A DNA stretch of 64,000 nucleotides from assembly GCA_965249115.1 (NCBI GenBank), contig CBDFLI010000001.1, positions 282,908 to 346,907 of the forward strand. The letters run 5' to 3'. This DNA comes from Dehalococcoidia bacterium (lineage in GTDB: Bacteria; Chloroflexota; Dehalococcoidia; Lucifugimonadales; QGNO01). Shown piece after piece: positions 1 to 9,874 of this stretch; within the stretch, counting starts at the first letter, position 1, and every line of letters starts with the position of its first letter. The notes below the pieces were generated by a model. It worked only from the letters and a program-made list of their open reading frames with translations, searched no databases and was not told where the DNA came from. The position numbers were made by a program, and so were the translations under genes.

Positions 1-2294
1 GGCCTGGCGCCGAAGGTGGGGTCGAACCCTTCCTTGGCCAGCCAAGACCTGGCTGCCGGGGTCAGCTCCGCTCTGACACCCTGCTCCTCAAGACGCTTCT
101 CCACCTCTGCCATCATCAAGCCCACGATCTCTTGGATCTGTTCCTGGGTCAGGGGGTCGAATATGACTATCTCGTCCAGCCGGTTCAGGAACTCCGGCCG
201 GAAGGCCTTCTTCAGGGCCTCCTCGACAGAGTTGCGAAGCTGCTGTCGCTCTGACTCGGTATCCTGGCCCCGGCGGAACCCTATGGCCTGGCGGCCAAGT
301 TCGGCGGTGCCCAGGTTGCTGGTCATGATGACCACCGTGTTGCGGAAGTCCACCGTGCGCCCGTGGCCGTCGGTGAGGCGACCGTCCTCCATGATCTGGA
401 GCAGGACGTTGAACACGTCCGGGTGGGCCTTCTCGATCTCATCGAAGAGGACGACGCGGAAGGGCCGGCGTCGTACGGCCTCGGTGAGTTGTCCGCCCTC
501 GTCGTACCCCACGTAGCCCGGAGGCGCGCCGATGAGGCGGGATACCGTGTGGGCCTCCATATACTCCGACATATCAATGCGGACCATGTTCTGCTCGTCG
601 TCGAAGAGGAAGTGGGCCAGGGACCGGGCCAGTTCCGTCTTGCCGACACCTGTGGGGCCAAGGAAAATGAAGCTGCCGACGGGACGCCTGGGGTCCTTCA
701 TTCCGGCGCGGGCGCGGCGTATGGCATCGGCCACGACCTCTATGGCGTGCTCCTGGCCGATGACCCGCTGATGCAGCCGCTCCTCCATGTGGAGCAGCCG
801 CTTGGCCTCCTCCTCCAGTAGCTGGTGCACCGGGATGCCCGTCCACTTGCCGATGAGTTCGGCTATTACCTCGGCGTCCACCACCGTGTCGATCTTCTTT
901 TCGGCCATCCATGCCTCTTTGGCCTTGCTGTGCTCCTCTTCCAGGTTGAGTCGCTCCGATTTCAGGGTAGCCGCCTGCTCGTAGTCGCCGCGCTGGGCGC
1001 ACGCCTCCTCCTGGTCCAGGAGGGCCTGGATGCTGCGCTCTGTCTCCTTCAGCTCCTTGGACAGTGTCTGGGCGTCTATGCGTAGCTTGCTGGCCGCTTC
1101 GTCAATGAGGTCCACGGCCTTGTCGGGCAGGTGCCTTTCGGTCAGGTAGCGGCTGCTCAGTTTCACGGCCGCCACCAGGGCGGAGTCGGCGATTTCGACC
1201 TTGTGGTGGGCCTCGTAACGGGCCACCAGGCCCCTGAGCATCTCGATGGCGTCCTCCTCTGAGGGTTCGTCCACCCAGATGGGCTGGAAACGCCGTTCCA
1301 GGGCGGAGTCCTTCTCGATGTACCTGCGGAACTCGTCGGGGGTCGTCGCGCCCACACACTGGAGCTCACCCCTGGCTAGGGCGGGTTTCATGAGGTTGGA
1401 GGCGTCTATTGCGCCCTCGGCACCGCCGGCTCCCACCACGTTGTGTATCTCATCTATGAAAAGGATCACCTCTCCCTGGGCCCTTTTGACCTCGTCCATA
1501 ACCGCCTTGAGACGCTCTTCAAACTCGCCACGGAACTTGGAGCCTGCCACCAGCCCGCCCATGTCCAGGGCCATGACGCGGCGTCCTTTCAGGATATCTG
1601 GCACGTCGTCGGCGACGATGCGCTCCGCCAGACCTTCGGCGATAGCTGTCTTGCCCACACCGGCTTCGCCTATGATGACGGGGTTGTTCTTGGTGCGGCG
1701 GGTGAGGGTCTGCATCAATCTTTTGATCTCGTCGTCCCGGCCGATGACGGGATCCAGCTTGCCTTGCCGGGCCAGGTCTGTGAGGTCGATGCTGTACTTC
1801 TCCAGTGCGCGGTATTTGCTCTCGGCTCGCTGGTCGGTTATTCGGGCGTCGCCCCGCACCTCTTGCAAGGCCTGGTACACCTTCTCCTGGTCAATGCCGA
1901 ACTCCTTGAAGATGTCGGCGCTTGGTCCGTCCTGGACCATCACGCACCCGATGAGCATGTGCTCGGTGCCTATGAACTCGTCCTTGAACCGGTCGGCCTC
2001 GGCCTTGGCGTTTTCGATGGCCCGGAGGGCCCGGGGGGTGGCGTAGACCTGGGTCGGGGTCTCCGTAACCTTGGGGGTATTCTCCAGGGACTGCTCCACG
2101 CGGGCCTTAATGGTATCTACGCTGGCGCCCAGCGACTCCAGGACTTCCACTGGCACTCCCTGTTCGATTTGGAGGAGGGCCAGCAGGATGTGCTCCACGT
2201 CCCACTGGGTGTGGGCATACTCCCTTACAAGGTCTTGCGACCTGCCGAGGACCTCCTGGGCCTGTTCTGTGAAGTTATCCGGTTTGAGTACCAT
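1..2294 (-). CDS. clpC: ATP-dependent Clp protease ATP-binding subunit ClpC (C-terminus runs off the left edge)
   Basis: Absent from the ORF track because there is no stop in the window. My minus-strand translation from ATG (2294-2292) gives [22 protein letters not shown] (Clp_N), Walker [16 protein letters not shown], a short UVR-like middle segment [16 protein letters not shown], a second Walker [18 protein letters not shown], an IGF loop (QAIGFRRG), and [12 protein letters not shown] at the edge. Confidence 0.9.
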   Translation of the reverse strand, partial: MVLKPDNFTEQAQEVLGRSQDLVREYAHTQWDVEHILLALLQIEQGVPVEVLESLGASVDTIKARVEQSLENTPKVTETPTQVYATPRALRAIENAKAEADRFKDEFIGTEHMLIGCVMVQDGPSADIFKEFGIDQEKVYQALQEVRGDARITDQRAESKYRALEKYSIDLTDLARQGKLDPVIGRDDEIKRLMQTLTRRTKNNPVIIGEAGVGKTAIAEGLAERIVADDVPDILKGRRVMALDMGGLVAGSKFRGEFEERLKAVMDEVKRAQGEVILFIDEIHNVVGAGGAEGAIDASNLMKPALARGELQCVGATTPDEFRRYIEKDSALERRFQPIWVDEPSEEDAIEMLRGLVARYEAHHKVEIADSALVAAVKLSSRYLTERHLPDKAVDLIDEAASKLRIDAQTLSKELKETERSIQALLDQEEACAQRGDYEQAATLKSERLNLEEEHSKAKEAWMAEKKIDTVVDAEVIAELIGKWTGIPVHQLLEEEAKRLLHMEERLHQRVIGQEHAIEVVADAIRRARAGMKDPRRPVGSFIFLGPTGVGKTELARSLAHFLFDDEQNMVRIDMSEYMEAHTVSRLIGAPPGYVGYDEGGQLTEAVRRRPFRVVLFDEIEKAHPDVFNVLLQIMEDGRLTDGHGRTVDFRNTVVIMTSNLGTAELGRQAIGFRRGQDTESERQQLRNSVEEALKKAFRPEFLNRLDEIVIFDPLTQEQIQEIVGLMMAEVEKRLEEQGVRAELTPAARSWLAKEGFDPTFGAR

Positions 2295-2341
2295 ATCTAG
2301 GCTTCCTTGTGTGTTCCGGTTTCAAGTGTGCGTACCGTATA

Positions 2342-2359
2342 TTGATTGTTGCTAGTCAA
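2342..2359. promoter_or_regulatory. Imperfect palindrome TTGATT-N6-AGTCAA upstream of clpC (candidate HspR/HAIR-like operator overlapping a -35-like TTGACT)
   Basis: Seen directly: ttgattgttgctagtcaa, arms match 5/6. The half-site resembles the HAIR half-site TTGAGT, but the spacing differs from CTTGAGT-N7-ACTCAAG. Confidence 0.25.
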
Positions 2360-2458
2360 CTGACGGCATGTGTTTTAGGTGGCCGGGGAGGGAAGGCCAG
2401 CGGTTACCCCGTGCGTTAGAGGTAATCACTGGGATTGGGATAATTCCCAGTGCATCTC

Positions 2459-2806
2459 TTACCCTGGTTTGTTCCCTTCGCCCAAGGCCCGTAGCTGGTC
2501 ACGTGCGCGTATCCTGTGTAGTTCCGTGGTCGCTCTGTTGAGGGCTTTCTCCAGATCACTGATGCGGTCCATAAGGCGGATGACTACCTCCGCACCGGCC
2601 AGGTTCATGCCCATGTCGTCCATTAATGTTTTGATGCGGCGGATCCGTTCAAGGTCCAACTCCGAGTAGTATCTTCGGTTACCCCCCGACCGTGACGGGG
2701 CCACGAGGCCGGCGCGCTCGTAGTATCTGAGGGTCTGCGCATGGACGCCGATCATTCGGGCGGCGATGCTTATTACGTAAAGAGGTTCGTCTCTGGGAGT
2801 TGTCAT
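2459..2806 (-). CDS. hspR: MerR-family heat-shock repressor HspR
   Basis: 115 aa: YVISIAARMIGVHAQTLRYYERAGLVAPSRSGGNRRYYSELDLERIRRIKTLM. 4-nt ATGA overlap with the upstream J-protein gene. Confidence 0.85.
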   Translation of the reverse strand: MTTPRDEPLYVISIAARMIGVHAQTLRYYERAGLVAPSRSGGNRRYYSELDLERIRRIKTLMDDMGMNLAGAEVVIRLMDRISDLEKALNRATTELHRIRARDQLRALGEGNKPG

Positions 2807-3699
2807 TTGCTTTCAACCTTTCCTGATCGCCCGTCCTGGAGCTGGCGGAAGAGACGGCGTTCGCTGTCTGACAGGTTGGTGGGCAGGACCACCCTCAGCT
2901 TGACGAAGAGGTCTCCCTTGACGTCCGGGTTGTTCAAACGGGGCATTCCCTGGCCCCGGAGTCGGAACACCTGTCCGTTCTGGCTCTCCGGAGGGACGGT
3001 CAGCACCACCACACTCTTGAGCGTCTGCACCTTCTGCTCGCTTCCCAGCATGGCGTCCACCAGTGGCACCGGCAGTTCCAGGTGGAGGTTGGCGCCTTTA
3101 CGGGTAAATCTTCTGTGAGCCGCAACGGTGACGACCAGGTACAGGTCAGTGCGGCTGTCCGTTGAGACTTGGATCTTTGCTCCGGTATCAACGCCGGGCG
3201 GGACTTTCGCTTCAACGCGCTTGGTGCTTCCAGCGGCGTCGGGCGGCATTTGAATGGTCCTGCCCGCGCCGGAGTAGGCTTCCTCCAGAGTCAGTTCCAG
3301 CGGCACCTCGGCGGTTGTGCGGGCGCGTCCCTGGCCTGCGAACCGTCCCAGGAAGTCGTCAAAGACATTGCTAAAGCCGGAGCCGCTCAGGTTGAAGGGG
3401 TCTGCGCCGTAACCGGCGCTCCGCCGGAAGAAGCTGTCGGCACCGTTGGCCGTGGTAGTGCCCTGGAACTGGTCGGCGTGTTTCCAGTTATCGCCGAACC
3501 GGTCGTACTTACTCCGCTTCTCAGGATCGGATAAGACCTCGTAGGCGGCGTTTATCTCCTTGAACTGCTCTTCGTTTGCCTTGTCGCCGTGATTCAGGTC
3601 AGGGTGGTATTTGCGTGCCAGGCGTCGATACGCCTGCTGGACCTCTTTGTCGGAGGCTTTGCGGTTCACACCCAGTATTTTGTAGTAACTCCGGGCCAT
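2803..3699 (-). CDS. cbpA: J-domain co-chaperone, CbpA type (no zinc-finger Cys repeats)
   Basis: ARSYYKILGVNRKASDKEVQQAYRRLARKYHPDLN (HPD motif). The C-terminal DnaJ_C-like region has no cysteines. ATG at 3699; the track ORF begins at an upstream GTG, 3708. Confidence 0.85.
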   Translation of the reverse strand: MARSYYKILGVNRKASDKEVQQAYRRLARKYHPDLNHGDKANEEQFKEINAAYEVLSDPEKRSKYDRFGDNWKHADQFQGTTTANGADSFFRRSAGYGADPFNLSGSGFSNVFDDFLGRFAGQGRARTTAEVPLELTLEEAYSGAGRTIQMPPDAAGSTKRVEAKVPPGVDTGAKIQVSTDSRTDLYLVVTVAAHRRFTRKGANLHLELPVPLVDAMLGSEQKVQTLKSVVVLTVPPESQNGQVFRLRGQGMPRLNNPDVKGDLFVKLRVVLPTNLSDSERRLFRQLQDGRSGKVESK

Positions 3700-3773
3700 G
3701 GTATTCACCCGTCGAGCATTATAACTCTGATAAGGTGTTATGTCAATAATATGAGTAGCTGTATGTAGTAAAC

Positions 3774-3803
3774 TTGATAAAGAAGTGTTAGCTTATCTAT
3801 AAT
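3774..3803 (+). promoter_or_regulatory. Sigma-70-like promoter for hsp20 (TTGATA-N18-TATAAT)
   Basis: TTGATA at 3774-3779 and TATAAT at 3798-3803, in the AT-rich divergent intergenic region. AGGAGG RBS precedes ATG 3869. Confidence 0.4.
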
Positions 3804-3868
3804 AATCAACTGGAGAAAGGGTCAAAGCAGCGGCCCATACAAAACTTGTACATTAGGAGGTACTTGCT

Positions 3869-4327
3869 ATGCTGCCAATTCGTCGACACCCTTACAGGAG
3901 CTTTACGGGTCTGGACAGATTCGTTGACCGGGTCATTCGCAACGGTCCCGGTTCCTACTGGACGTGGCCGTCCATCTGGGACGACCGTTTCCGGCCCTCT
4001 TTGGACGTTTATGAGACGTCCGATGACCTGGTGGTGAAGGCCACTATCCCTGGTGTGAAGCCCGACGACATAACCCTCACGCTAAAGGACGACACCCTGG
4101 TGATCCAGGGTAAGGCCGAGGAGGCGAGCGAGGAGAAGGAGGAGCGTTACTACCTCCGAGAGCGCAGGTCCGGCGGCTTCCATCGCGCCGTTTTACTGCC
4201 CGAGGGGCTGGATGTGAAGAAGGCCGAGGCTACCTTTGAAGACGGTGTCCTGACGGTTACTCTTCCCAAGACGGAGGAGGCCAAGCCCCAGGAGATCAAG
4301 GTGAAGGTCAAAGCGGCCGCCAAATAG
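3869..4327 (+). CDS. Small heat-shock protein, Hsp20/alpha-crystallin family
   Basis: 152 aa: LDVYETSDDLVVKATIPGVKPDDITLTLKDDTLVIQG...GGFHRAVLLPEGLDVKKAEATFEDGVLTVTLPK. Confidence 0.9.
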   Translation: MLPIRRHPYRSFTGLDRFVDRVIRNGPGSYWTWPSIWDDRFRPSLDVYETSDDLVVKATIPGVKPDDITLTLKDDTLVIQGKAEEASEEKEERYYLRERRSGGFHRAVLLPEGLDVKKAEATFEDGVLTVTLPKTEEAKPQEIKVKVKAAAK

Positions 4328-4351
4328 GCTTTTTCTGCTTTGGGGAAAGAA

Positions 4352-4390
4352 AAGGGCGGGCCCCAGGTTCCGGGGCCTGCCCTTTGTTTT
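4352..4390. terminator. Rho-independent terminator between convergent genes
   Basis: Stem AAGGGCGGGCCCC / GGGGCCTGCCCTT (one G.U pair), loop aggttc, followed by tgttttt. Confidence 0.6.
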
Positions 4391-4422
4391 TAGTGGCTAC
4401 GTTTGGTTGGAGCCGGTCCCCA

Positions 4423-4677
4423 CTAGGCCACCACTTTGTACACCTTATCGCCGCTCCGGACGCGGTCGGGCACCTTGATGCCCACAGACTGACCGGCGGA
4501 GGCTTCCTGAACGTCCCGGTTGTCTATCTGTAAGGACTCTACCAGGAGCTCCAGGTCGGTGGTATGCCCCACGATACGGACCTTGTCTCCCACCTTGAGG
4601 GACGCCGTCAACTCTATCCCCGCGACCACCGGATGAGCAAAGAAGTCGGCTACCTTTCCTACCTCGACCTCAGGCAT
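4423..4677 (-). CDS. Small EF-Tu domain-2-like beta-barrel protein
   Basis: 84 aa: AGIELTASLKVGDKVRIVGHTTDLELLVESLQIDNRDVQEASAGQSVGIKV resembles the GTP_EFTU_D2 fold. GGGAGG RBS. Confidence 0.55.
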   Translation of the reverse strand: MPEVEVGKVADFFAHPVVAGIELTASLKVGDKVRIVGHTTDLELLVESLQIDNRDVQEASAGQSVGIKVPDRVRSGDKVYKVVA

Positions 4678-4817
4678 CAGTCACCTCCCGGCACCACGTT
4701 CTGATTCAAGTATATGTCTCATGTAGTGGTTGAGCAACGGCTTCCTACCTGACCCAGAGCGGGATCCGCCCCAGCCAGGACTCTTCTTAGGCTTATCCAC
4801 CATTTCACGATTCTCCT

Positions 4818-5693
4818 TCATATTCGGGCCGCTGCATAAGCCCTGAAGGCGAGCAGGCTGCTCTTGGCCCACGTCAAGCCTCCCGTTTTCCTTTCAGTCT
4901 CCGAAACTGGTTCATCCGACTGGTAGCAATCTAGAGCCTTGTTTATCAATTTGTGATGCGTGGAAGGTAGATGACCTAGGGCCCAGGTAGCGCCCTCCTC
5001 CTTACTGGGGGCCGTACCTACACCCTGTTCAAGCACCTGGAGGACTCGGCAAATGTTTAGTACTCCATAGATAGGGCTTTCCTGGATATTGTTGCCCTCC
5101 AATATCCAGTCCAGATCATCAAGGATTGCATCGAGGTAGTCTTTAAACGGCACTTCTCCAAACATCTTATGAATAGGGACTCCATCGAGCCGCACTCCTC
5201 TTGTATTCATAACCATGCAATGCGCGGCTAAGTCCCTATCCGCATGGGTTTGAGAGTAGTCATCCTTCCCACCCAAAATCTTATCCCTATGATCTGAACC
5301 ATAATGGACTTCGAACGGGATTGGATGGACGAAGCTCCGAGCATCCCGTTCAAGGATTACGGATAACTCAATGTCTCCCAATGTAGGGCGCTTGTTTGAT
5401 AATGAAAGACATAGCAAAGCGAAGCGGCGACGCTCGTCTTCATTGAGCGACCTACTAACAACTGCTAGCAAGTCGATGTCGCTCTTCCCTCGGTAGTAGG
5501 AGCCAGTAGCAAGGGAGCCATGAAGGTACACCCCTGCTAGGTTAGAGCCCAAGAAAACACGGAAGGACCGCACAACGTCCGTTACGAACCCGTATATATC
5601 AGGATCGCAGCCTACCCACTGTTGACCCGTTGACCTAATCATATCTGAGCTTTGCAAGTAAGATTGGGAAGGAGGGTTGTGAACATTGTACAC
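4818..5693 (-). CDS. Nucleotidyltransferase, ANT(3'')/AadA-like (NTP_transf_2 + DUF4111-like C-terminus)
   Basis: GVYLHGSLATGSYYRGKSDIDLLAVV NTase motif. C-terminus LNICRVLQVLEQGVGTAPSKEEGATWALGHLP. GC is lower than the flanks. The start may be the internal M at 5642. Confidence 0.6.
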   Translation of the reverse strand: MYNVHNPPSQSYLQSSDMIRSTGQQWVGCDPDIYGFVTDVVRSFRVFLGSNLAGVYLHGSLATGSYYRGKSDIDLLAVVSRSLNEDERRRFALLCLSLSNKRPTLGDIELSVILERDARSFVHPIPFEVHYGSDHRDKILGGKDDYSQTHADRDLAAHCMVMNTRGVRLDGVPIHKMFGEVPFKDYLDAILDDLDWILEGNNIQESPIYGVLNICRVLQVLEQGVGTAPSKEEGATWALGHLPSTHHKLINKALDCYQSDEPVSETERKTGGLTWAKSSLLAFRAYAAARI

Positions 5694-5931
5694 AAGCCCG
5701 ACTACTTATTATTATCTTTGTATATATCATCGTATGCCACTAGTCCCTGATCCGATGCCCAGGCCAACACCGGCTGCCTCCCTGTCATTCAACCGATGTA
5801 CACAGCCCCTCCTGTGAGACTTGGCTGATACTCCCTGCTATAATTTTTCCAGTTACGCTATCTCAAAGGAATGTCCCGACCTCTGGAGTGAATCGATGCC
5901 AATAGCTGCCAATGGGAGGGAGCCTGGATAG

Positions 5932-6714
5932 ATGGGTAGAGACGAGGCTTCCATCATCCTGGGGTCGTTGACCCACGTTGGCATGGTCCGTGCGGCTAAT
6001 CAGGACGCCTACTGTGCGCTGTTGCCTCCCGACGCTCCCGCCGGTGCCGACGCTCTGCTGGCCGTTGCCGACGGTATGGGCGGCCACCTGGCCGGCGACG
6101 TGGCCTCCGCTATGGCGGTCCACGGCCTGGTGGACCTGCTGTCCGACCGGGAGTTCACCCACGGCGTTGATGAAGCGGAATCAGGCTGGGGCGTCCTATT
6201 AGGTGAGGCCATAACACGGGTGAATGCCGACATTTTTCAGGCTGCCATGATGCCTGAAAAACGCGGGATGGGGACCACCCTGACGGCGGTGGTGGTGGCG
6301 GGGACGACTCTAAACATCGGTCACGTGGGTGACAGCCGCGCCTATCTTCTGCGAGATGCTCACTTCCACCAGGTCACCTCCGACCATAGCTGGGTGGCGG
6401 AGCAGGTTGCCAGGGGAACGTTGTCTCAGGAGGCTGCGGATGTCCATCCGGACCGAAACGTGCTCACCCGTGCCGTTGGCACCACTCTTCAACTTAAGGT
6501 GGAGGTGCTGGCGCTGGAGCTACGTGAGGGGGACACGCTGCTCCTGTGCTCCGACGGCCTTCACTCGCTGGTGCCGGACGAAGACATAGCCGGGGTCCTG
6601 ATGGGCCTGGACCCTGTTGCCGCGGCCCAGACGCTGGTGGACAGGGCCAACGACCTCGGCGGCAACGACAACGTGACGGTCATAGTGGCCCGGATGGAGC
6701 GTTTGACAAAGTAG
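5932..6714 (+). CDS. PP2C-family Ser/Thr protein phosphatase
   Basis: 260 aa: THVGMVRAANQDAY...AVADGMGGHLAGDVAS...LLLCSDGL...GGNDNVTVIV. Confidence 0.85.
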   Translation: MGRDEASIILGSLTHVGMVRAANQDAYCALLPPDAPAGADALLAVADGMGGHLAGDVASAMAVHGLVDLLSDREFTHGVDEAESGWGVLLGEAITRVNADIFQAAMMPEKRGMGTTLTAVVVAGTTLNIGHVGDSRAYLLRDAHFHQVTSDHSWVAEQVARGTLSQEAADVHPDRNVLTRAVGTTLQLKVEVLALELREGDTLLLCSDGLHSLVPDEDIAGVLMGLDPVAAAQTLVDRANDLGGNDNVTVIVARMERLTK

Positions 6715-7015
6715 GCACCGGTGGACGCTGGTGCCGCGGACTTCCGAGATACGGGATGGGGTGCGACGCTTCATCACATGGTCAGTGTTGGTTGGACAGT
6801 GGTGCGGTCATTGGTGGGCCAATTAGTAGGGAGGAAAGAGCGCAATTGGCAAGGCCAGGCCCCATTGGGGCCTGGCCTCTGGTCAGCCCATGGACGGGTG
6901 TGATCCACCGCCGGACCAAGCCCCTTCAGGTGAACTGCTCAGGGCCGAAACGGTTGTGGCAAACCCGCCCATGTGGAGCCACCTCCGTTGGAGATGGCTC
7001 ATGGTCTGGCCCGCG

Positions 7016-7282
7016 CTACTCCCCTTGCTCACCTGCCGTGGCCAGGGCAAAGGCTTCCTCAGACCCTTTACCATTGCCTGTGCGGCTACCGGGCTGTCCC
7101 TGAATTGTGGCGGTGATGGGGTCAACGGTCCCGCCCTCCGCAATCAGGTCATATTTGTTCTCCAACTCCAGAATCACACGCTGTAACTCCTGCTGCGCTC
7201 TCTGGGCGTCCAACCGTTTCTTGTCCGCGTCCATCTGGGCCTTCCGTAGCTGGTATCTATCCACCGGGTTCAATTCCTGCAT
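7016..7282 (-). CDS. Hypothetical small coiled-coil protein
   Basis: GGAGG RBS before ATG at 7282 (MQELNPVDRYQLRKAQMDADKKRLDAQRAQQELQRVILELENKY). No recognisable family. Confidence 0.4.
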   Translation of the reverse strand: MQELNPVDRYQLRKAQMDADKKRLDAQRAQQELQRVILELENKYDLIAEGGTVDPITATIQGQPGSRTGNGKGSEEAFALATAGEQGE

Positions 7283-7440
7283 GACTACCTCCAATAGAAC
7301 AAATGTACTTGGCGAGAGCATAGAACGAATGTGCGGGTTTTGTCAACCCCCTAAGCTTAATCGAATATGGGTCAGGGTTGTTGCCAGGTAGACCAGGGTT
7401 TATGATAAATAGCCAAATCAGACTAAAAGTGGGTGAAAAC

Positions 7441-8136
7441 ATGCCCTCCAAAGGACGGCGGCAGATAGTCAGATACGCCTTGTACAAGGCGACCCCGGAG
7501 TGGTTATGGCTTCCGGAGGCCGACCGTGGAGTTCAGAAGGCGGAGTTTGAGGCGATAGTGGAGGAGGCCGGCTCCAGCATGCGGGTGGAAAGCTACAGCC
7601 TTGTCGGGACCCGCGCCGACGCCGACATGCTGCTCTGGTCCATAGGCCACTCGTTGGAAGAGCACCACGAATTCGCGGCCATGATTAACCGCAGCAGAAT
7701 GGGAGCATACCTGGAGACGCCCTACTCCTACCTGGCTATGACGCGGCGCTCCGATTACGTCGACGACCACAAGCATAAGGGCCAGGAGGGCACAAGGCTT
7801 GGCATGAAGCCCGGTGACGCGCCGTATCTGATCGTCTATCCCTTCGTCAAGACACGGGCCTGGTACATACTGTCAAAGGAAGAACGGCAGGAGATGATGA
7901 GCGCCCACTTTGAAGTGGGCCACAGGTACCCATCGGTCCGTATCCACACCAGCTACTCCTTCGGCATTGACGACCAGGAGTTTGTGGTGGCCTTTGATAC
8001 CGACAATATGGAGGACTTCCTGGACCTGGTTATGGAGCTACGGGAGAGCCAGGCCAGCGCCTATACCCTCAGGGATACGCCGGTCTTCACATGTATAGCC
8101 CGGCCCATACGGCAGTGCCTGGACGCCCTGGGGTAG
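7441..8136 (+). CDS. chdC: Coproheme decarboxylase (HemQ/ChdC, chlorite-dismutase family)
   Basis: YLIVYPFVKTRAWYILSKEERQEMMSAHFEVGHRYPSVRIHTSYSFGIDDQEFVVAFDTDNMEDFLDLVMELRESQASAYTLRDTPVFTCI. ATG 7441 chosen inside track ORF 7378..8136. Confidence 0.8.
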   Translation: MPSKGRRQIVRYALYKATPEWLWLPEADRGVQKAEFEAIVEEAGSSMRVESYSLVGTRADADMLLWSIGHSLEEHHEFAAMINRSRMGAYLETPYSYLAMTRRSDYVDDHKHKGQEGTRLGMKPGDAPYLIVYPFVKTRAWYILSKEERQEMMSAHFEVGHRYPSVRIHTSYSFGIDDQEFVVAFDTDNMEDFLDLVMELRESQASAYTLRDTPVFTCIARPIRQCLDALG

Positions 8137-8197
8137 GGTAAGTCTGTGTTAAGGTTACGGGCGGTCCCAAAGAGGGCCCGTCCATACAGGCATACCG

Positions 8198-9292
8198 CTA
8201 GAACTGGGTGATGACACCCCGGCCTACCTCGCCCCGTTCCAGGTCTTCGTAGGCTTCGTTGATCTCGTCGAGCTTATAACGGCGTGTCACCAGGCTGTCC
8301 ACGTCAATCTTCCCCGAGCGGTACAGGTTTACCATAGTGGGCATATCTATATTTGGACGAGTTCCGCCGTAGTAGCTCCCCTTGATGGTCTTCTCCTGGC
8401 GTACCAGGGAGACCGCGTCTATCCCCGCCGCCTCCCCCTGAGGCGCCAGGCCGACCACTACGACGGTACCGCCTTTCCTCGCCGACTTGTAGGCGGTCTC
8501 TATTGTTTCCGTCGAACCGAACACCTCGAAGGTGTAGTCGGCGCCCAGACCACCGGTGATTTCCCTGATACGCTGCACAGGGTCTTGCACCGTGGGGTTA
8601 ATTGTGTGGGTCGCGCCAAACTTTGTGGCGAACTCCAGCTTGCCCTCGCCGATATCCACGGCGATTATCTTGTCGGCATTGAGCAGCCGCGCACCCTGGA
8701 TTACGTTTAGACCGACGCCCCCGGCACCTATGACGGCGACGGTGCTCCCGGGCATGACCTTAGCGGTGAACATGACCGCTCCCACGCCCGTCGTCACGCA
8801 GCAGCCGATCAGGGCCGCCTGGGCCAGGGGGAAGTCGCTGTCAACTGGGATGCATCCTGACTCCGGGACCACGGCCTCCTGGGCGAAACCAGCCACTTTG
8901 CCCTGGTGCGTTATGCGTTGGTCACCCTGGTGCAACCTGGTGGTGCCGTCGAACATATACCCGATGGTGGCGGCGTGGGCGTCGCACAGATTGGCCCGCC
9001 CAGTCAGGCAGAAGTGGCAGCGGCCACAGTTGGGCACAAAGGACAGAATTACGCGGTCGCCGGCCTTCACGGCGGTTACGCCTTCTCCTACGTCCAGCAC
9101 AGTGCCGGCGGCTTCATGGCCCAGGACCACCGGCAGAGTTGCGGTGGCATTGCCGTGCATGATGTGGTGGTCGCTACGGCATATGCCGGCGGCGCCTATC
9201 TTCACGTGCACTTCGCGTGCCTGGGGGGCGTCCAACTCCACGTCCTGGATGGACAGGGGTTGACCGACTTCGTATAGAACAGCCGCCTTCAT
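8198..9292 (-). CDS. Zinc-dependent alcohol dehydrogenase (class III-like)
   Basis: MKAAVLYEVGQPLSIQDVELD...GICRSDHH...VLGHEAAGTV...CGRCHFCLTGRANLC...VIGAGGVGL. AAGGAG RBS before ATG 9292. The 137-codon upstream extension in the track ORF was rejected. Confidence 0.85.
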   Translation of the reverse strand: MKAAVLYEVGQPLSIQDVELDAPQAREVHVKIGAAGICRSDHHIMHGNATATLPVVLGHEAAGTVLDVGEGVTAVKAGDRVILSFVPNCGRCHFCLTGRANLCDAHAATIGYMFDGTTRLHQGDQRITHQGKVAGFAQEAVVPESGCIPVDSDFPLAQAALIGCCVTTGVGAVMFTAKVMPGSTVAVIGAGGVGLNVIQGARLLNADKIIAVDIGEGKLEFATKFGATHTINPTVQDPVQRIREITGGLGADYTFEVFGSTETIETAYKSARKGGTVVVVGLAPQGEAAGIDAVSLVRQEKTIKGSYYGGTRPNIDMPTMVNLYRSGKIDVDSLVTRRYKLDEINEAYEDLERGEVGRGVITQF

Positions 9293-9486
9293 GTTTGGAC
9301 TCCTTCTAGGAGGACCTGGCCCGTCTCTAATGAACGAGTTTCTCTTTGATGGACGTGCTTCGGCGGTGAATTGTATCAGATGCATAAGGTGGTCGCGTAA
9401 TCGGGAACGCTCAGCGGGACCTAATTGGTGACAAGAGTGTTTGTTTCGACCGACTGATGAGGGGAATAGTCTAAAAAGGCATCCGG

Positions 9487-9867
9487 CTACTGAGGTGAAG
9501 ACACCTTGCAGGCTTCGCACTGGCACAGCGCGCGCAGCGTTGCGTAGGGGTAGATACCGGTGGTGTGGGCGTCGGTCCACAGGAACTGCATTGCGTACCG
9601 TCCCACGGGTATCCAGTCCAGGGCCTCTACGTCCCTGGGAAGGTCCGACATGGTCACCATGCGCTTGCCAGTCATCTCGTTGACGCAGGCGGCACAGCCG
9701 CACTGATAGCGTAGGTACCGCGGCTCATACCGGCTCTGGTGGTCGTCGTTCCACGTTATGTGGATACTGTCGGGCAGCAGCCGGACATCTTTGGGCGTTG
9801 GCTGGTTCAAGGCTTTTGACCTGTGTGGGGCCCGGTTTGGGCGGGTTGGAACTGGACGCAGACCCAA
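9487..9867 (-). CDS. DUF971-family protein
   Basis: IHITWNDDHQSRYEPRYLRYQCGCAACVNE...GRYAMQFLWTDAHTTGIYPY pattern. Start is uncertain (TTG at 9867). Confidence 0.55.
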   Translation of the reverse strand: MGLRPVPTRPNRAPHRSKALNQPTPKDVRLLPDSIHITWNDDHQSRYEPRYLRYQCGCAACVNEMTGKRMVTMSDLPRDVEALDWIPVGRYAMQFLWTDAHTTGIYPYATLRALCQCEACKVSSPQ

Positions 9868-9874
9868 TAGGGCG

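Noticed and set aside
1-60. GGGGTCGAACCC resembling a tRNA T-arm at the window edge
   Set aside because: It lies inside the clpC reading frame (encodes ...[10 protein letters not shown]), and no acceptor or anticodon arms can be built around it.
3709-3868. Search for a canonical HAIR (CTTGAGT-N7-ACTCAAG) or CIRCE element in the cbpA/hsp20 spacer
   Set aside because: Neither consensus is present by eye. Only short AT-rich inverted repeats (GATAA-N12-TTATC, TTAT..ATAA) occur, which I do not consider specific.
4681-4872. 63-aa ORF between the EF-Tu-D2-like gene and the AadA-like gene
   Set aside because: It overlaps the 3' end of the AadA-like gene, its terminal codons are the RBS of the downstream gene, and it has no recognisable fold. 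A real basic miniprotein (MKENREMVDKPKK...) cannot be excluded.
8198-9703. 501-aa track ORF suggesting a long N-terminal extension of the alcohol dehydrogenase
   Set aside because: The first 137 codons are Arg/Pro-rich with no family signal. A strong AAGGAG RBS precedes the canonical MKAAVLY start at 9292.
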